Assembly (NCBI RefSeq): GCF_003334405.1
Contig: NZ_QOWM01000010.1
Length of the DNA: 64,000 nucleotides
DNA from: Escherichia coli
GTDB taxonomy: Bacteria > Pseudomonadota > Gammaproteobacteria > Enterobacterales > Enterobacteriaceae
Strand: one strand, 5' to 3'
Shown: positions 12,715 through 25,790 of the stretch, in pieces
Position numbering within the stretch: the stretch's first letter is position 1
Layout: each line of letters starts with the position of its first letter
The notes under the pieces: generated by a model
What the model was told of the DNA's origin: nothing
Database searches by the model: none
Seen by the model: the letters and a program-made list of their open reading frames with translations, nothing else
Translations under genes and position numbers: made by a program

Positions 12715-14271
12715 ATGCTGGTGAGAACACGACATCTGGTCGGCCTTATTTCGGGAGTACTGATTCTTTCAGTATTGCTGCCTGTCGGCTTAAGCATCTG
12801 GCTGGCCCATCAGCAGGTAGAAACATCGTTTATTGAAGAGCTGGATACCTATTCCTCCCGCGTCGCTATTCGAGCCAATAAGGTGGCGACACAAGGGAAA
12901 GATGCGCTGCAGGAGCTGGAAAGATGGCAAGGCGCTGCCTGTAGCGAAGCCCATCTCATGGAAATGCGTCGGGTATCTTACAGTTATCGCTATATTCAGG
13001 AAGTGGCTTATATCGATAACAACGTTCCCCAGTGTTCGTCTCTGGAGCATGAAAGTCCGCCCGATACCTTCCCCGAGCCAGGTAAAATTTCGAAAGATGG
13101 TTATCGTGTCTGGTTAACATCGCATAACGATTTAGGCATTATCCGTTACATGGTCGCCATGGGAACGGCACATTATGTCGTCATGATCGACCCCGCTTCC
13201 TTTATTGATGTCATTCCCTATAGCTCATGGCAAATTGATGCCGCCATTATTGGCAATGCCCATAACGTTGTCATAACCAGCAGCGATGAAATTGCTCAGG
13301 GAATTATTACCAGGCTACAAAAAACACCCGGTGAGCATATCGAAAATAATGGAATCATTTACGATATCCTGCCCTTACCGGAGATGAATATTTCGATCAT
13401 CACATGGGCTTCAACGAAAATGTTGCAGAAAGGCTGGCATCGGCAAGTCTTTATTTGGTTACCGCTCGGGTTGGTGATTGGCCTGCTGGCAGCGATGTTT
13501 GTGCTGCGTATTTTGCGCCGTATTCAGTCACCGCATCATCGGCTGCAGGATGCTATCGAAAATCGTGATATTTGCGTGCACTATCAGCCGATTGTCTCCT
13601 TAGCCAATGGCAAAATTGTCGGTGCTGAGGCACTGGCGCGCTGGCCGCAGACAGACGGTAGTTGGTTGTCACCAGATAGTTTTATTCCGCTGGCACAGCA
13701 AACGGGCCTTTCTGAGCCATTGACGCTACTGATTATAAGAAGCGTCTTTGAAGATATGGGCGACTGGCTGCGTCAGCATCCACAGCAGCATATTTCGATC
13801 AATCTTGAATCCCCCGTGCTCACCTCGGAAAAAATCCCGCAATTGCTGCGTGACATGATCAATCACTATCAGGTTAATCCCAGACAGATCGCGCTTGAAC
13901 TCACTGAACGCGAGTTTGCCGATCCGAAAACCAGCGCCCCGATAATTTCTCGCTACCGGGAGGCGGGCCATGAAATTTATCTTGATGATTTTGGTACGGG
14001 GTATTCAAGTTTAAGTTATTTACAGGATCTGGATGTCGACATTCTGAAGATCGATAAATCTTTCGTTGATGCGCTGGAATATAAAAATGTCACGCCGCAT
14101 ATCATCGAAATGGCAAAAACACTGAAACTGAAAATGGTAGCGGAGGGAATCGAAACCAGTAAACAAGAAGAGTGGTTACGCCAGCATGGCGTGCACTACG
14201 GTCAGGGCTGGCTCTACAGCAAGGCATTACCGAAAGAAGATTTCTTACGCTGGGCCGAGCAACATTTGTGA
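12715..14271 (+). CDS. pdeB: Cyclic-di-GMP phosphodiesterase PdeB (YlaB), CSS-motif sensor plus EAL domain
   Basis: 518-aa ORF with N-terminal TM, periplasmic domain, second TM and C-terminal EAL domain (EALxR ... DDFGTGYSS); the true start may be the GTG at 12721. Confidence 0.9.
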   Translation: MLVRTRHLVGLISGVLILSVLLPVGLSIWLAHQQVETSFIEELDTYSSRVAIRANKVATQGKDALQELERWQGAACSEAHLMEMRRVSYSYRYIQEVAYIDNNVPQCSSLEHESPPDTFPEPGKISKDGYRVWLTSHNDLGIIRYMVAMGTAHYVVMIDPASFIDVIPYSSWQIDAAIIGNAHNVVITSSDEIAQGIITRLQKTPGEHIENNGIIYDILPLPEMNISIITWASTKMLQKGWHRQVFIWLPLGLVIGLLAAMFVLRILRRIQSPHHRLQDAIENRDICVHYQPIVSLANGKIVGAEALARWPQTDGSWLSPDSFIPLAQQTGLSEPLTLLIIRSVFEDMGDWLRQHPQQHISINLESPVLTSEKIPQLLRDMINHYQVNPRQIALELTEREFADPKTSAPIISRYREAGHEIYLDDFGTGYSSLSYLQDLDVDILKIDKSFVDALEYKNVTPHIIEMAKTLKLKMVAEGIETSKQEEWLRQHGVHYGQGWLYSKALPKEDFLRWAEQHL

Positions 14272-14312
14272 ATTTTTGGGCTGACGGCACGCCGCACAGC
14301 CCGTCACGCTAC

Positions 14313-14666
14313 CTATTCGTCGATGATTGACTCGAATCCGCCATAGATCATTCGCTTGCCGTCAAACGGCATGGACTCGCCGAACTCTTTCATCCGTGGG
14401 TCCGACATCATCTTTTGATTAGCAGCGTCGCGGACCTCTTTTGAAGGGTATTCAATCCAGCTAAAGACAACCTCTTCATTCTCTTCCGCTTTCACCGCCA
14501 TACGAAAATCGGTCACTTTGCCATCCGGTACATCGCTGGCCCAGCATTCGACAATACGAAGCGCGCCAAACTCTTTAAACAATGGCGCAGCCTTAGCGGC
14601 CATTTCCCGATAGGCATCCTTTTTATCGGCAGGAACGGCAACCACAAAACCATCAACATACTTCAT
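14313..14666 (-). CDS. ybaA: DUF1428 family protein YbaA
   Basis: 117-aa ORF (MKYVDGFVVAVPADKKDAYREMAAKAAPLFKEFGA...). Confidence 0.88.
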   Translation of the reverse strand: MKYVDGFVVAVPADKKDAYREMAAKAAPLFKEFGALRIVECWASDVPDGKVTDFRMAVKAEENEEVVFSWIEYPSKEVRDAANQKMMSDPRMKEFGESMPFDGKRMIYGGFESIIDE

Positions 14667-14776
14667 CAGACATACCTCCGAAGCGTACTGCGCAGCCAGA
14701 CAATTCTTGCGACGTCAGTTGTGGTTAAAGTTTAGCCATGTTGGGATTTTTTGACGAAACGGTGGGAGGCAGAAAT

Positions 14777-14890
14777 GGGTGGGGGCCCTGCCAGCTACAT
14801 CCCGGCACACGCGTCATCTGCCTTGGCTGCTTCCTTCCGGACCTGACCTGGTAAACAGAGTAGCGTTGCGGGAGAACCAACAGAGCCCCC
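14777..14890 (-). ncRNA. ffs: 4.5S RNA (signal recognition particle RNA), ffs
   Basis: The reverse complement of 14777..14890 reads GGGGGCTCTGTTGGTTCTCCCGCAACGC...GGAAGGAAGCAGCCAAGGCAGATGACGCG...GGCAGGGCCCCCACCC, the 114-nt E. coli 4.5S RNA including the conserved SRP domain IV motif. Confidence 0.95.
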
Positions 14891-14966
14891 ATTGAGAGCG
14901 TTGAGAACCAACGCGCAGGCGCATTATCACTGCTGCCCCGGCTAATTGCAACCCATCGCGTGCCAG

Positions 14967-15356
14967 ATGCTGGTTTCTTGCGCAATGCGACTTCACTCGG
15001 GCGTTTTTCCAGATTATGCTGAAAAATTACCTCAGGAAGAAAAGATGGAAAAAGAAGATTCATTTCCCCAACGCGTCTGGCAAATCGTCGCCGCTATTCC
15101 CGAAGGCTATGTCACCACTTACGGTGATGTGGCGAAACTGGCGGGATCGCCCCGCGCCGCGCGCCAGGTGGGCGGTGTGTTAAAGCGTCTCCCTGAAGGC
15201 AGCACCTTACCCTGGCACCGGGTGGTTAATCGCCACGGCACAATTTCGCTAACCGGACCGGATTTACAGCGTCAGCGACAGGCATTACTGGCAGAAGGTG
15301 TGATGGTATCGGGAAGCGGGCAAATCGACTTGCAGCGTTATCGCTGGAACTACTAA
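14967..15356 (+). CDS. atl: DNA base-flipping protein Atl (YbaZ), alkyltransferase-like
   Basis: ORF 14946..15356; internal start MLVSCAMRLHSG gives 129 aa; MGMT-like helix-turn-helix region without the catalytic Cys. Confidence 0.85.
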   Translation: MLVSCAMRLHSGVFPDYAEKLPQEEKMEKEDSFPQRVWQIVAAIPEGYVTTYGDVAKLAGSPRAARQVGGVLKRLPEGSTLPWHRVVNRHGTISLTGPDLQRQRQALLAEGVMVSGSGQIDLQRYRWNY

Positions 15357-15377
15357 CCCTCTCCGGGCGGAGAGGGT
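15357..15377. terminator. Bidirectional hairpin between convergent atl and ybaY
   Basis: ccctctccg-ggc-ggagaggg perfect stem-loop directly after the atl stop and before the ybaY stop. Confidence 0.6.
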
Positions 15378-15386
15378 TAACGTCGC

Positions 15387-15959
15387 TTAATATTGCGTAG
15401 GAGCTGGAACTGCCGAAGACGGATTCACCTGAGTTGGTGAAGTCGAAGGTACGGTAGTCGTTGCGCCACCGCTGGCCTGAACCGGCACGGCGGTTTGCTG
15501 TACCGGCACCAATGTCAGGTCGGCTTTAGTTCCGCCCTGGTTGATCACCGGCTGAACGGTATCGGTGATAAATACCAGTTTGTCATTCACGGTAATCGCC
15601 GCACTCAACAGAATACGCGCGTTCGGCTGAACATCTGCCGGGTTAAATGGCAGAACAAAGCTGAATGGTGACTGTTTACCTTCAGTACGCACCGCTTTCT
15701 GCGCCAGCACTTTTGACGGTGCATCGGCTAACGACGCGTCAGAAAGTGTCACGGTCAGCACAGCATCAGGCGGCAGTGCGACTTTCTGACGGATCCAGAC
15801 GGTACCGGAGACATTCGGTTGCTGGATAGCTGGTTGTTGTGTTGCTGAAATAGACGTATTTGCAGCCGGTGCTGGCGTCTGAATATCCGCGCTTTTATCT
15901 GCGCAAGCCGCCAACGCAATCGCAACCGCTAAACCACTGGCCATGTGCACGAGTTTCAT
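15387..15959 (-). CDS. ybaY: Lipoprotein YbaY
   Basis: 190-aa ORF with lipoprotein signal (MKLVHMASGLAVAIALAAC) and Pro/Thr/Ala-rich low-complexity regions. Confidence 0.88.
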   Translation of the reverse strand: MKLVHMASGLAVAIALAACADKSADIQTPAPAANTSISATQQPAIQQPNVSGTVWIRQKVALPPDAVLTVTLSDASLADAPSKVLAQKAVRTEGKQSPFSFVLPFNPADVQPNARILLSAAITVNDKLVFITDTVQPVINQGGTKADLTLVPVQQTAVPVQASGGATTTVPSTSPTQVNPSSAVPAPTQY

Positions 15960-16176
15960 TCATTTCTCCTTATTATCAATGCACCAGCGGGCTAACTTTC
16001 CTCGCCGGAAGAGTGGTTAACAAAATAGTAACGTCAACAAGTGTGGCACACATCACGCATTTCTGCCTGTAATTAGCCCGTAATTCAGACCATTGCACCC
16101 ATCGGACCAGTAGCAAATTTGCGTTATACTCAACTCACTTTGGCTTGCTGCGGCAGCTTTGTTACTGGAGAGTTAT

Positions 16177-17037
16177 ATGAGTCAGGCGCTAAAAAATTTA
16201 CTGACATTGTTAAATCTGGAAAAAATTGAGGAAGGACTCTTTCGCGGCCAGAGTGAAGATTTAGGTTTACGCCAGGTGTTTGGCGGCCAGGTCGTGGGTC
16301 AGGCCTTGTATGCTGCAAAAGAGACCGTCCCTGAAGAGCGGCTGGTACATTCGTTTCACAGCTACTTTCTTCGCCCTGGCGATAGTAAGAAGCCGATTAT
16401 TTATGATGTCGAAACGCTGCGTGACGGTAACAGCTTCAGCGCCCGCCGGGTTGCTGCTATTCAAAACGGCAAACCGATTTTTTATATGACTGCCTCTTTC
16501 CAGGCACCAGAAGCGGGTTTCGAACATCAAAAAACAATGCCGTCCGCGCCAGCGCCTGATGGCCTACCTTCGGAAACGCAAATCGCCCAATCGCTGGCGC
16601 ACCTGCTGCCGCCAGTGCTGAAAGATAAATTCATCTGCGATCGTCCGCTGGAAGTCCGTCCGGTGGAGTTTCATAACCCACTGAAAGGTCACGTCGCAGA
16701 ACCACATCGTCAGGTGTGGATCCGCGCAAATGGTAGCGTGCCGGATGACCTGCGCGTTCATCAGTATCTGCTCGGTTACGCTTCTGATCTTAACTTCCTG
16801 CCGGTAGCTCTACAGCCGCACGGCATCGGTTTTCTCGAACCGGGGATTCAGATTGCCACCATTGACCATTCCATGTGGTTCCATCGCCCGTTTAATTTGA
16901 ATGAATGGCTGCTGTATAGCGTGGAGAGCACCTCGGCGTCCAGCGCACGTGGCTTTGTGCGCGGTGAGTTTTATACCCAAGACGGCGTACTGGTTGCCTC
17001 GACCGTTCAGGAAGGGGTGATGCGTAATCACAATTAA
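16177..17037 (+). CDS. tesB: Acyl-CoA thioesterase II
   Basis: ORF 16159..17037; start at [30 protein letters not shown] gives 286 aa; double hot-dog fold. Confidence 0.95.
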
Positions 17038-17040
17038 AAA

Positions 17041-17078
17041 AATAGCCGGAGGTGAAAACCGTCCGGCTGTTTTTTGCA
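17041..17078. terminator. Bidirectional terminator hairpin between convergent tesB and amtB
   Basis: agccggaggtgaaaaccgtccggct stem-loop flanked by A-run and T-run (aaaaaat...tgttttttg). Confidence 0.7.
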
Positions 17079-17085
17079 GTGCTTG

Positions 17086-18372
17086 TTACGCGTTATAGGC
17101 ATTCTCGCCGTGGCTGTTGACATCCAGCCCTTCTCGCTCCTGCTCTTCCGGTACACGCAGACCAACCGTCAGATCCGCCAATTTGTAGCCGATAAATGCC
17201 ACAACACCGGACCAGACGATCGTAATGGCGATGCTTTCCAGCTGTACCAGCAACTGATGGCCCATCGTCACACCTTCAGCGAAGCCCACGCCGCCCAGCG
17301 AGCTGGCGGCAAAAATCCCGGTCATGATACAGCCGACAATGCCACAAACGCCGTGCACACCGAAGACATCGCAGGGATCATCCACCCGCAGCAAGCGTTT
17401 GAGCATGGTAACGCCCCACAAGCCCGCCAGACCAGCTACCACGCCGATAATCAACGCGCCGCCAACCCCAATGTAGCCGCAGGCTGGCGTCACGCCGACC
17501 AGGCCGGCAATCGCGCCAGAACACGCCCCCAGCAGTGAAGGCTTACCACGCAGCGCCCATTCACCGAAGATCCAGCCAAGAATTGCCGCCGCCGTTGCGA
17601 CCACAGTATTCACAAATGCCAGTGCCGCGATTTCATTCGCCGTGCCCGCTGACCCGGCGTTAAAGCCAAACCAACCGATATAGAGAATGGCAGTCCCGGT
17701 GAAGACCATCGGCAGGTTGTGCGGTTTAAACGCCTCTTTACCGAAGCCCACGCGTTTTCCTATCAGATACGCGCCCACCAGACCGGCGATTGCGGCGTTA
17801 ATGTGCACCACGGTGCCACCCGCGAAATCCAGCGCACCGTGAGAAGCCAGCAAACCACCGCCCCACACCATATGCGCAATCGGAATGTAAGAGAGCGTCA
17901 GCCATACCACCACGAAAATCAACACAGCTGAGAAGCGGATTCGTTCCGCCAGCGCCCCAACTATCAAGCCGACGGTAATGCAGGCAAACGATCCCTGAAA
18001 CGCCACGTGGATATACTGATAAATGCTGCCCATCACCGCCGTCAGTTCGATGTTTTTCAGCATCAACCAGTTAATGTTGCCGAAGAAGTTGTTGCCCTCA
18101 CCAAACGCCAGCGAGTAACCGTAAACCACCCAGAGAATACAGACCAGTGCAAATGTCACCGTCACCTGCGTCAGCATCGACAGCACGTTTTTGCCGCGAA
18201 TCAACCCACCGTAAAACAGGGCAATCCCCGGAATAGTCATAAACAGCACCAGCGCAGTACAAATCATCATAAACGCATTGTCGGCTTTATCGGCCACCGC
18301 AGGTGCAGCCATTACCAGTCCCGGAAGCATCGCCAGTGAAGCAAGCCCAGTTTTTATCGTCGCTATCTTCAT
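17086..18372 (-). CDS. amtB: Ammonium transporter AmtB
   Basis: 428-aa ORF with signal peptide and 11 TM helices, Amt/MEP family; immediately downstream of glnK. Confidence 0.96.
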   Translation of the reverse strand: MKIATIKTGLASLAMLPGLVMAAPAVADKADNAFMMICTALVLFMTIPGIALFYGGLIRGKNVLSMLTQVTVTFALVCILWVVYGYSLAFGEGNNFFGNINWLMLKNIELTAVMGSIYQYIHVAFQGSFACITVGLIVGALAERIRFSAVLIFVVVWLTLSYIPIAHMVWGGGLLASHGALDFAGGTVVHINAAIAGLVGAYLIGKRVGFGKEAFKPHNLPMVFTGTAILYIGWFGFNAGSAGTANEIAALAFVNTVVATAAAILGWIFGEWALRGKPSLLGACSGAIAGLVGVTPACGYIGVGGALIIGVVAGLAGLWGVTMLKRLLRVDDPCDVFGVHGVCGIVGCIMTGIFAASSLGGVGFAEGVTMGHQLLVQLESIAITIVWSGVVAFIGYKLADLTVGLRVPEEQEREGLDVNSHGENAYNA

Positions 18373-18401
18373 TTTTCGTTCCTGTTGCTGTGTGCCAGAG
18401 A

Positions 18402-18740
18402 TTACAGCGCCGCTTCGTCGGCTTCGCCGGTACGAATACGAATGACGCGTTGCAATTCAGCGACGAAGATTTTGCCGTCGCCAATTTTTCCGGTGTAAGC
18501 CGCCTTACTGACGATATCGATCACTTCATCGAGTTGGTCATCAGCAATCGCCACATCAATTTTTACTTTTGGCAGGAAATTGACGCTGTATTCCGCCCCC
18601 CGGTACAGCTCGGCATGCCCTTTCTGACGCCCGAAACCTTTCACTTCGGTGACGGTCAGGCCCTGAATACCAATGGAAGATAACGCTTCACGAACGTCTT
18701 CCAGCTTGAATGGTTTGATTATCACGGTCACCAGCTTCAT
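18402..18740 (-). CDS. glnK: Nitrogen regulatory protein PII-2 (GlnK)
   Basis: 112-aa PII protein MKLVTVIIKPFKLEDVREAL... with T-loop containing GAEY; the track ORF 18402..18878 is an upstream extension, the real start is the ATG at 18740. Confidence 0.95.
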   Translation of the reverse strand: MKLVTVIIKPFKLEDVREALSSIGIQGLTVTEVKGFGRQKGHAELYRGAEYSVNFLPKVKIDVAIADDQLDEVIDIVSKAAYTGKIGDGKIFVAELQRVIRIRTGEADEAAL

Positions 18741-18791
18741 AGATCCCCTCCGGTCAGAATTCGGTAATGGTTCTGCTACACGAAGAAGGTA

Positions 18792-18809
18792 TTGCAAGCG
18801 GTGTGCCAG
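18792..18809 (-). promoter_or_regulatory. Sigma-54 (-24/-12) promoter of glnK-amtB
   Basis: Minus strand reads CTGGCAC-accgc-TTGCA (GG-N10-GC spacing) about 50 nt upstream of the glnK ATG; a TGCAC...GTGCA NtrC-like palindrome lies further upstream at 18862..18878. Confidence 0.75.
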
Positions 18810-18920
18810 AAATGAAAAACGAGAAAGAGAGCAGGAAGTTAAGAAGTTTGAAAATGAAAACGCACTATGACAGTGCACAGTGCGTTACATTTTTGCACCA
18901 ACGATGAAATATTGCGCTAT

Positions 18921-22467
<3,547 letters not shown>

Positions 22468-22496
22468 GCGTTGTGTCCTGACCTGATTCTGGATAT

Positions 22497-22955
22497 TTAT
22501 TCGATGGGTAAAGAAGTGGTGTATTTAATCTGTTCCATCGCGAAGCTGGAAGTGACGTCCGACAGCCCCGGCACGCTGTTTACCAGACGCTTATAAAACT
22601 CGTCGTAGCGTTTCATGTCGGCAACCTGGACGCGCATCAGATAATCGTATTCACCAGCCATGCGCCAGAACCCCAGCACTTCTGGCATTTCGGTAACCAC
22701 CGTGACAAAGCGGCAATACCATTCGCTGCTGTGATGTTGCGTTTTTATCAGCACAAAAGCGGTCAGGCCGAGGCCTATTTTTTCCGGATCCAGCAGGGCG
22801 ACTTTGCCGATAAGGATACCGTCGTCCTCCAGCCGTTTCAGGCGCTTCCAGCAAGGGGTGGTTGTCAGATTAACGGCTTCAGCCAGTGCCTGCAAAGAGA
22901 GGGTGCAATCCTGCTGCAGTAAGGCCAGCAGCTTACGGTCAATTTTATCTAACAT
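22497..22955 (-). CDS. decR: Lrp/AsnC-family transcriptional regulator DecR (YbaO)
   Basis: ORF 22497..23183; start at [31 protein letters not shown] gives 152 aa; N-terminal HTH and C-terminal RAM domain. Confidence 0.9.
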
Positions 22956-23107
22956 AGCCCTTCCACAGAGAATTTTTTTCTCTTTTAATTTTATTTTAAA
23001 GGTGAAATCACGACAATTTATTCTGTGCGGTTTAAACACCACGGCACAAAATGACAAATTCAACGCAAAAAAAACCGGGCAATTGCCCGGTGCTGGAAGG
23101 GATCTCG

Positions 23108-23926
23108 TTATTCGGGGGAATAAGGTAGATGTGGATAGTCCAGCCAGTGCGTCAAATAGTGAGAGACAGCCTGATTTCGGCAATGTCCAATCACCGGTAA
23201 ATGCGGGAGCTCCGCGCGCAGTTGCGGCATCGCATTGCCCATAATAAATCCGCTACCGACGCTGACTAACATTTCGCGATCGTTCATCGCATCACCAAAG
23301 GCCATGCAATCGCGCAACGATAAACCTAAATGTTGGGTCAGCACCGTCAATGCAGCGCCTTTATTGCAGCCCACCGGCAGCACTTCGAGGCAATCCGTGG
23401 CGGAAAAACACAAATGTGCACGCTCGCCTAATGCTTCGTATAGCTGGATCTGCAAGCGTGTAAGATCGTCGTGATCGCCACAGAAGCAGATCTTGGTGAC
23501 GCTGCCGAGTGGCATTTTTTTGACATCGATTATCTGATAACGAAAACCGCTATAGACAAATGCCTGCAACAACGCAGGGATCTCTTTCCCGGTAAACCAA
23601 CCGTCGTCATTGAAGATATGCATGCTGGCTCGGGTATCCCATTGCTGATACAGCACCAGCTCCGCGACATCCGCAGGTAAATCATCACGATGTAAAAGTT
23701 CACCTTCCAGAGAATGCACGCGCGTTCCGTTGCCGGTAATCAAATACGCATCCAGCGATAGCGCCCCGAGAATATGCTGCATCTCCAGCGCATGACGCCC
23801 CGTGGCAAAAGTGAGGGTAATGTCGCGTTCACGCAGTCGCGCCAAAGTAGAGAGGGTTTTCTCACCTAAATGATGGTCAGGCATCAATAAAGTGCCATCC
23901 ATATCAAATGCTGCCAGACGAGCCAT
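23108..23926 (-). CDS. cof: HMP-PP phosphatase Cof (HAD superfamily)
   Basis: 272 aa from [14 protein letters not shown] (HAD motif I DxDGT); C-terminal GDAMND motif. Confidence 0.92.
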
Positions 23927-24025
23927 TTCTTTCTCCACTCTGTGACACGGTTAATGGTGATTGAGTATCACCTGATATATACGGAAGTAATAGTGAATAG
24001 TTAAATAATATTGTTCCGGGTTTAT

Positions 24026-25726
24026 ATGCGATTGCTCAACCGTCTTAACCAGTATCAACGTCTGTGGCAACCTTCCGCCGGAAAGCCGCAAACCGTCACC
24101 GTCAGCGAACTGGCCGAACGCTGTTTTTGCAGCGAACGCCATGTTCGTACGCTGTTGCGTCAGGCACAGGAGGCGGGATGGCTGGAGTGGCAGGCGCAGT
24201 CAGGACGCGGAAAGCGCGGACAATTACGCTTTCTGGTCACGCCGGAATCGCTACGCAATGCGATGATGGAACAGGCACTGGAAACCGGAAAGCAGCAAGA
24301 TGTGCTGGAGCTGGCGCAACTGGCCCCAGGTGAGCTGCGCACTCTGTTACAGCCGTTTATGGGCGGACAATGGCAAAACGATACACCCACGTTGCGTATT
24401 CCCTACTATCGCCCGCTCGAACCGCTACAACCAGGCTTTTTGCCCGGCCGTGCCGAGCAGCATCTCGCCGGGCAGATATTTTCCGGCCTGACCCGCTTCG
24501 ATAATAATACTCAGCGCCCGATTGGCGATTTAGCGCATCACTGGGAAACCTCTACTGACGGGTTACGCTGGGACTTTTATCTTCGTTCAACCCTACACTG
24601 GCATAACGGCGATGCAGTAAAAGCCTCACACTTACACCAGCGATTATTGATGCTGTTACAACTGCCAGCACTGGATCAATTATTTATTAGCGTGAAGCGT
24701 ATTGAAGTCACCCATCCGCAGTGTCTGACCTTCTTTTTACATCGCCCTGATTACTGGCTTGCGCACCGGCTGGCGAGCTATTGCAGCCATCTGGCGCATC
24801 CGCAATTCCCACTGATCGGCACGGGTCCTTTTCGCTTAACACAATTCACAGCAGAGCTGGTGCGCCTGGAAAGCCATGATTATTACCATTTACGTCATCC
24901 GCTGCTTAAAGCGGTTGAGTACTGGATAACTCCGCCGCTTTTCGAAAAAGATTTGGGAACCAGTTGTCGGCATCCCGTGCAAATCACCATCGGCAAACCG
25001 GAGGAGCTGCAACGGGTCAGCCAGGTCAGTAGCGGCATCAGTTTAGGTTTTTGCTATTTGACGTTGCGCAAAAGTCCCCGACTCTCCCTCTGGCAGGCGC
25101 GAAAAGTGATCTCCATTATTCATCAATCCGGTTTATTACAAACGTTAGAAGTCGGAGAAAACCTGATCACCGCCAGTCATGCATTACTGCCAGGCTGGAC
25201 TATTCCGCATTGGCAGGTACCGGATGAAGTCAAACTACCGAAAACCTTGACGCTGGTTTATCACCTACCGATAGAACTTCATACCATGGCAGAACGCCTA
25301 CAGGCGACACTGGCAGCGGAAGGCTGTGAACTCACAATTATTTTTCATAACGCAAAAAACTGGGACGACACGACCCTACAGGCACACGCAGACCTCATGA
25401 TGGGCGACAGATTAATTGGCGAAGCACCGGAATATACTCTGGAGCAATGGCTGCGCTGCGATCCGCTGTGGCCACATGTTTTCGACGCTCCAGCATACGC
25501 ACATCTACAATCGACACTGGATGCCGTGCAAATAATGCCTGATGAAGAAAACCGATTTAATGCCCTGAAAGCGGTTTTTAGCCAGTTAATGACAGATGCG
25601 ACGCTGACGCCGCTGTTCAACTATCACTATCGCATTAGTGCCCCTCCCGGCGTGAACGGTGTGCGACTGACACCGCGCGGCTGGTTTGAATTTACCGAAG
25701 CCTGGCTTCCCGCGCCATCGCAATGA
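24026..25726 (+). CDS. ybaE: YbaE, SgrR-like protein with solute-binding-protein family 5 domain
   Basis: ORF 24011..25726 (TTG); probable start at the ATG at 24026 (MRLLNRLNQYQRLWQ), 566 aa; N-terminal HTH-like region fused to a periplasmic-binding-protein-like domain. Confidence 0.88.
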   Translation: MRLLNRLNQYQRLWQPSAGKPQTVTVSELAERCFCSERHVRTLLRQAQEAGWLEWQAQSGRGKRGQLRFLVTPESLRNAMMEQALETGKQQDVLELAQLAPGELRTLLQPFMGGQWQNDTPTLRIPYYRPLEPLQPGFLPGRAEQHLAGQIFSGLTRFDNNTQRPIGDLAHHWETSTDGLRWDFYLRSTLHWHNGDAVKASHLHQRLLMLLQLPALDQLFISVKRIEVTHPQCLTFFLHRPDYWLAHRLASYCSHLAHPQFPLIGTGPFRLTQFTAELVRLESHDYYHLRHPLLKAVEYWITPPLFEKDLGTSCRHPVQITIGKPEELQRVSQVSSGISLGFCYLTLRKSPRLSLWQARKVISIIHQSGLLQTLEVGENLITASHALLPGWTIPHWQVPDEVKLPKTLTLVYHLPIELHTMAERLQATLAAEGCELTIIFHNAKNWDDTTLQAHADLMMGDRLIGEAPEYTLEQWLRCDPLWPHVFDAPAYAHLQSTLDAVQIMPDEENRFNALKAVFSQLMTDATLTPLFNYHYRISAPPGVNGVRLTPRGWFEFTEAWLPAPSQ

Positions 25727-25790
25727 ATAGCTGGTCCGGGTTAATCGCAGGCGTTACCATAACGCTTTTATTGTTCAAGCAGGATTATCT

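Noticed and set aside
14725-15063. 112-aa and 60-aa ORFs between ybaA and atl
   Set aside because: They overlap the 4.5S RNA gene ffs; the region is an RNA gene, not protein-coding.
18402-18878. 158-aa version of the glnK ORF
   Set aside because: The upstream extension runs through the sigma-54 promoter; the genuine PII protein starts at the internal ATG (18740) and is 112 aa.
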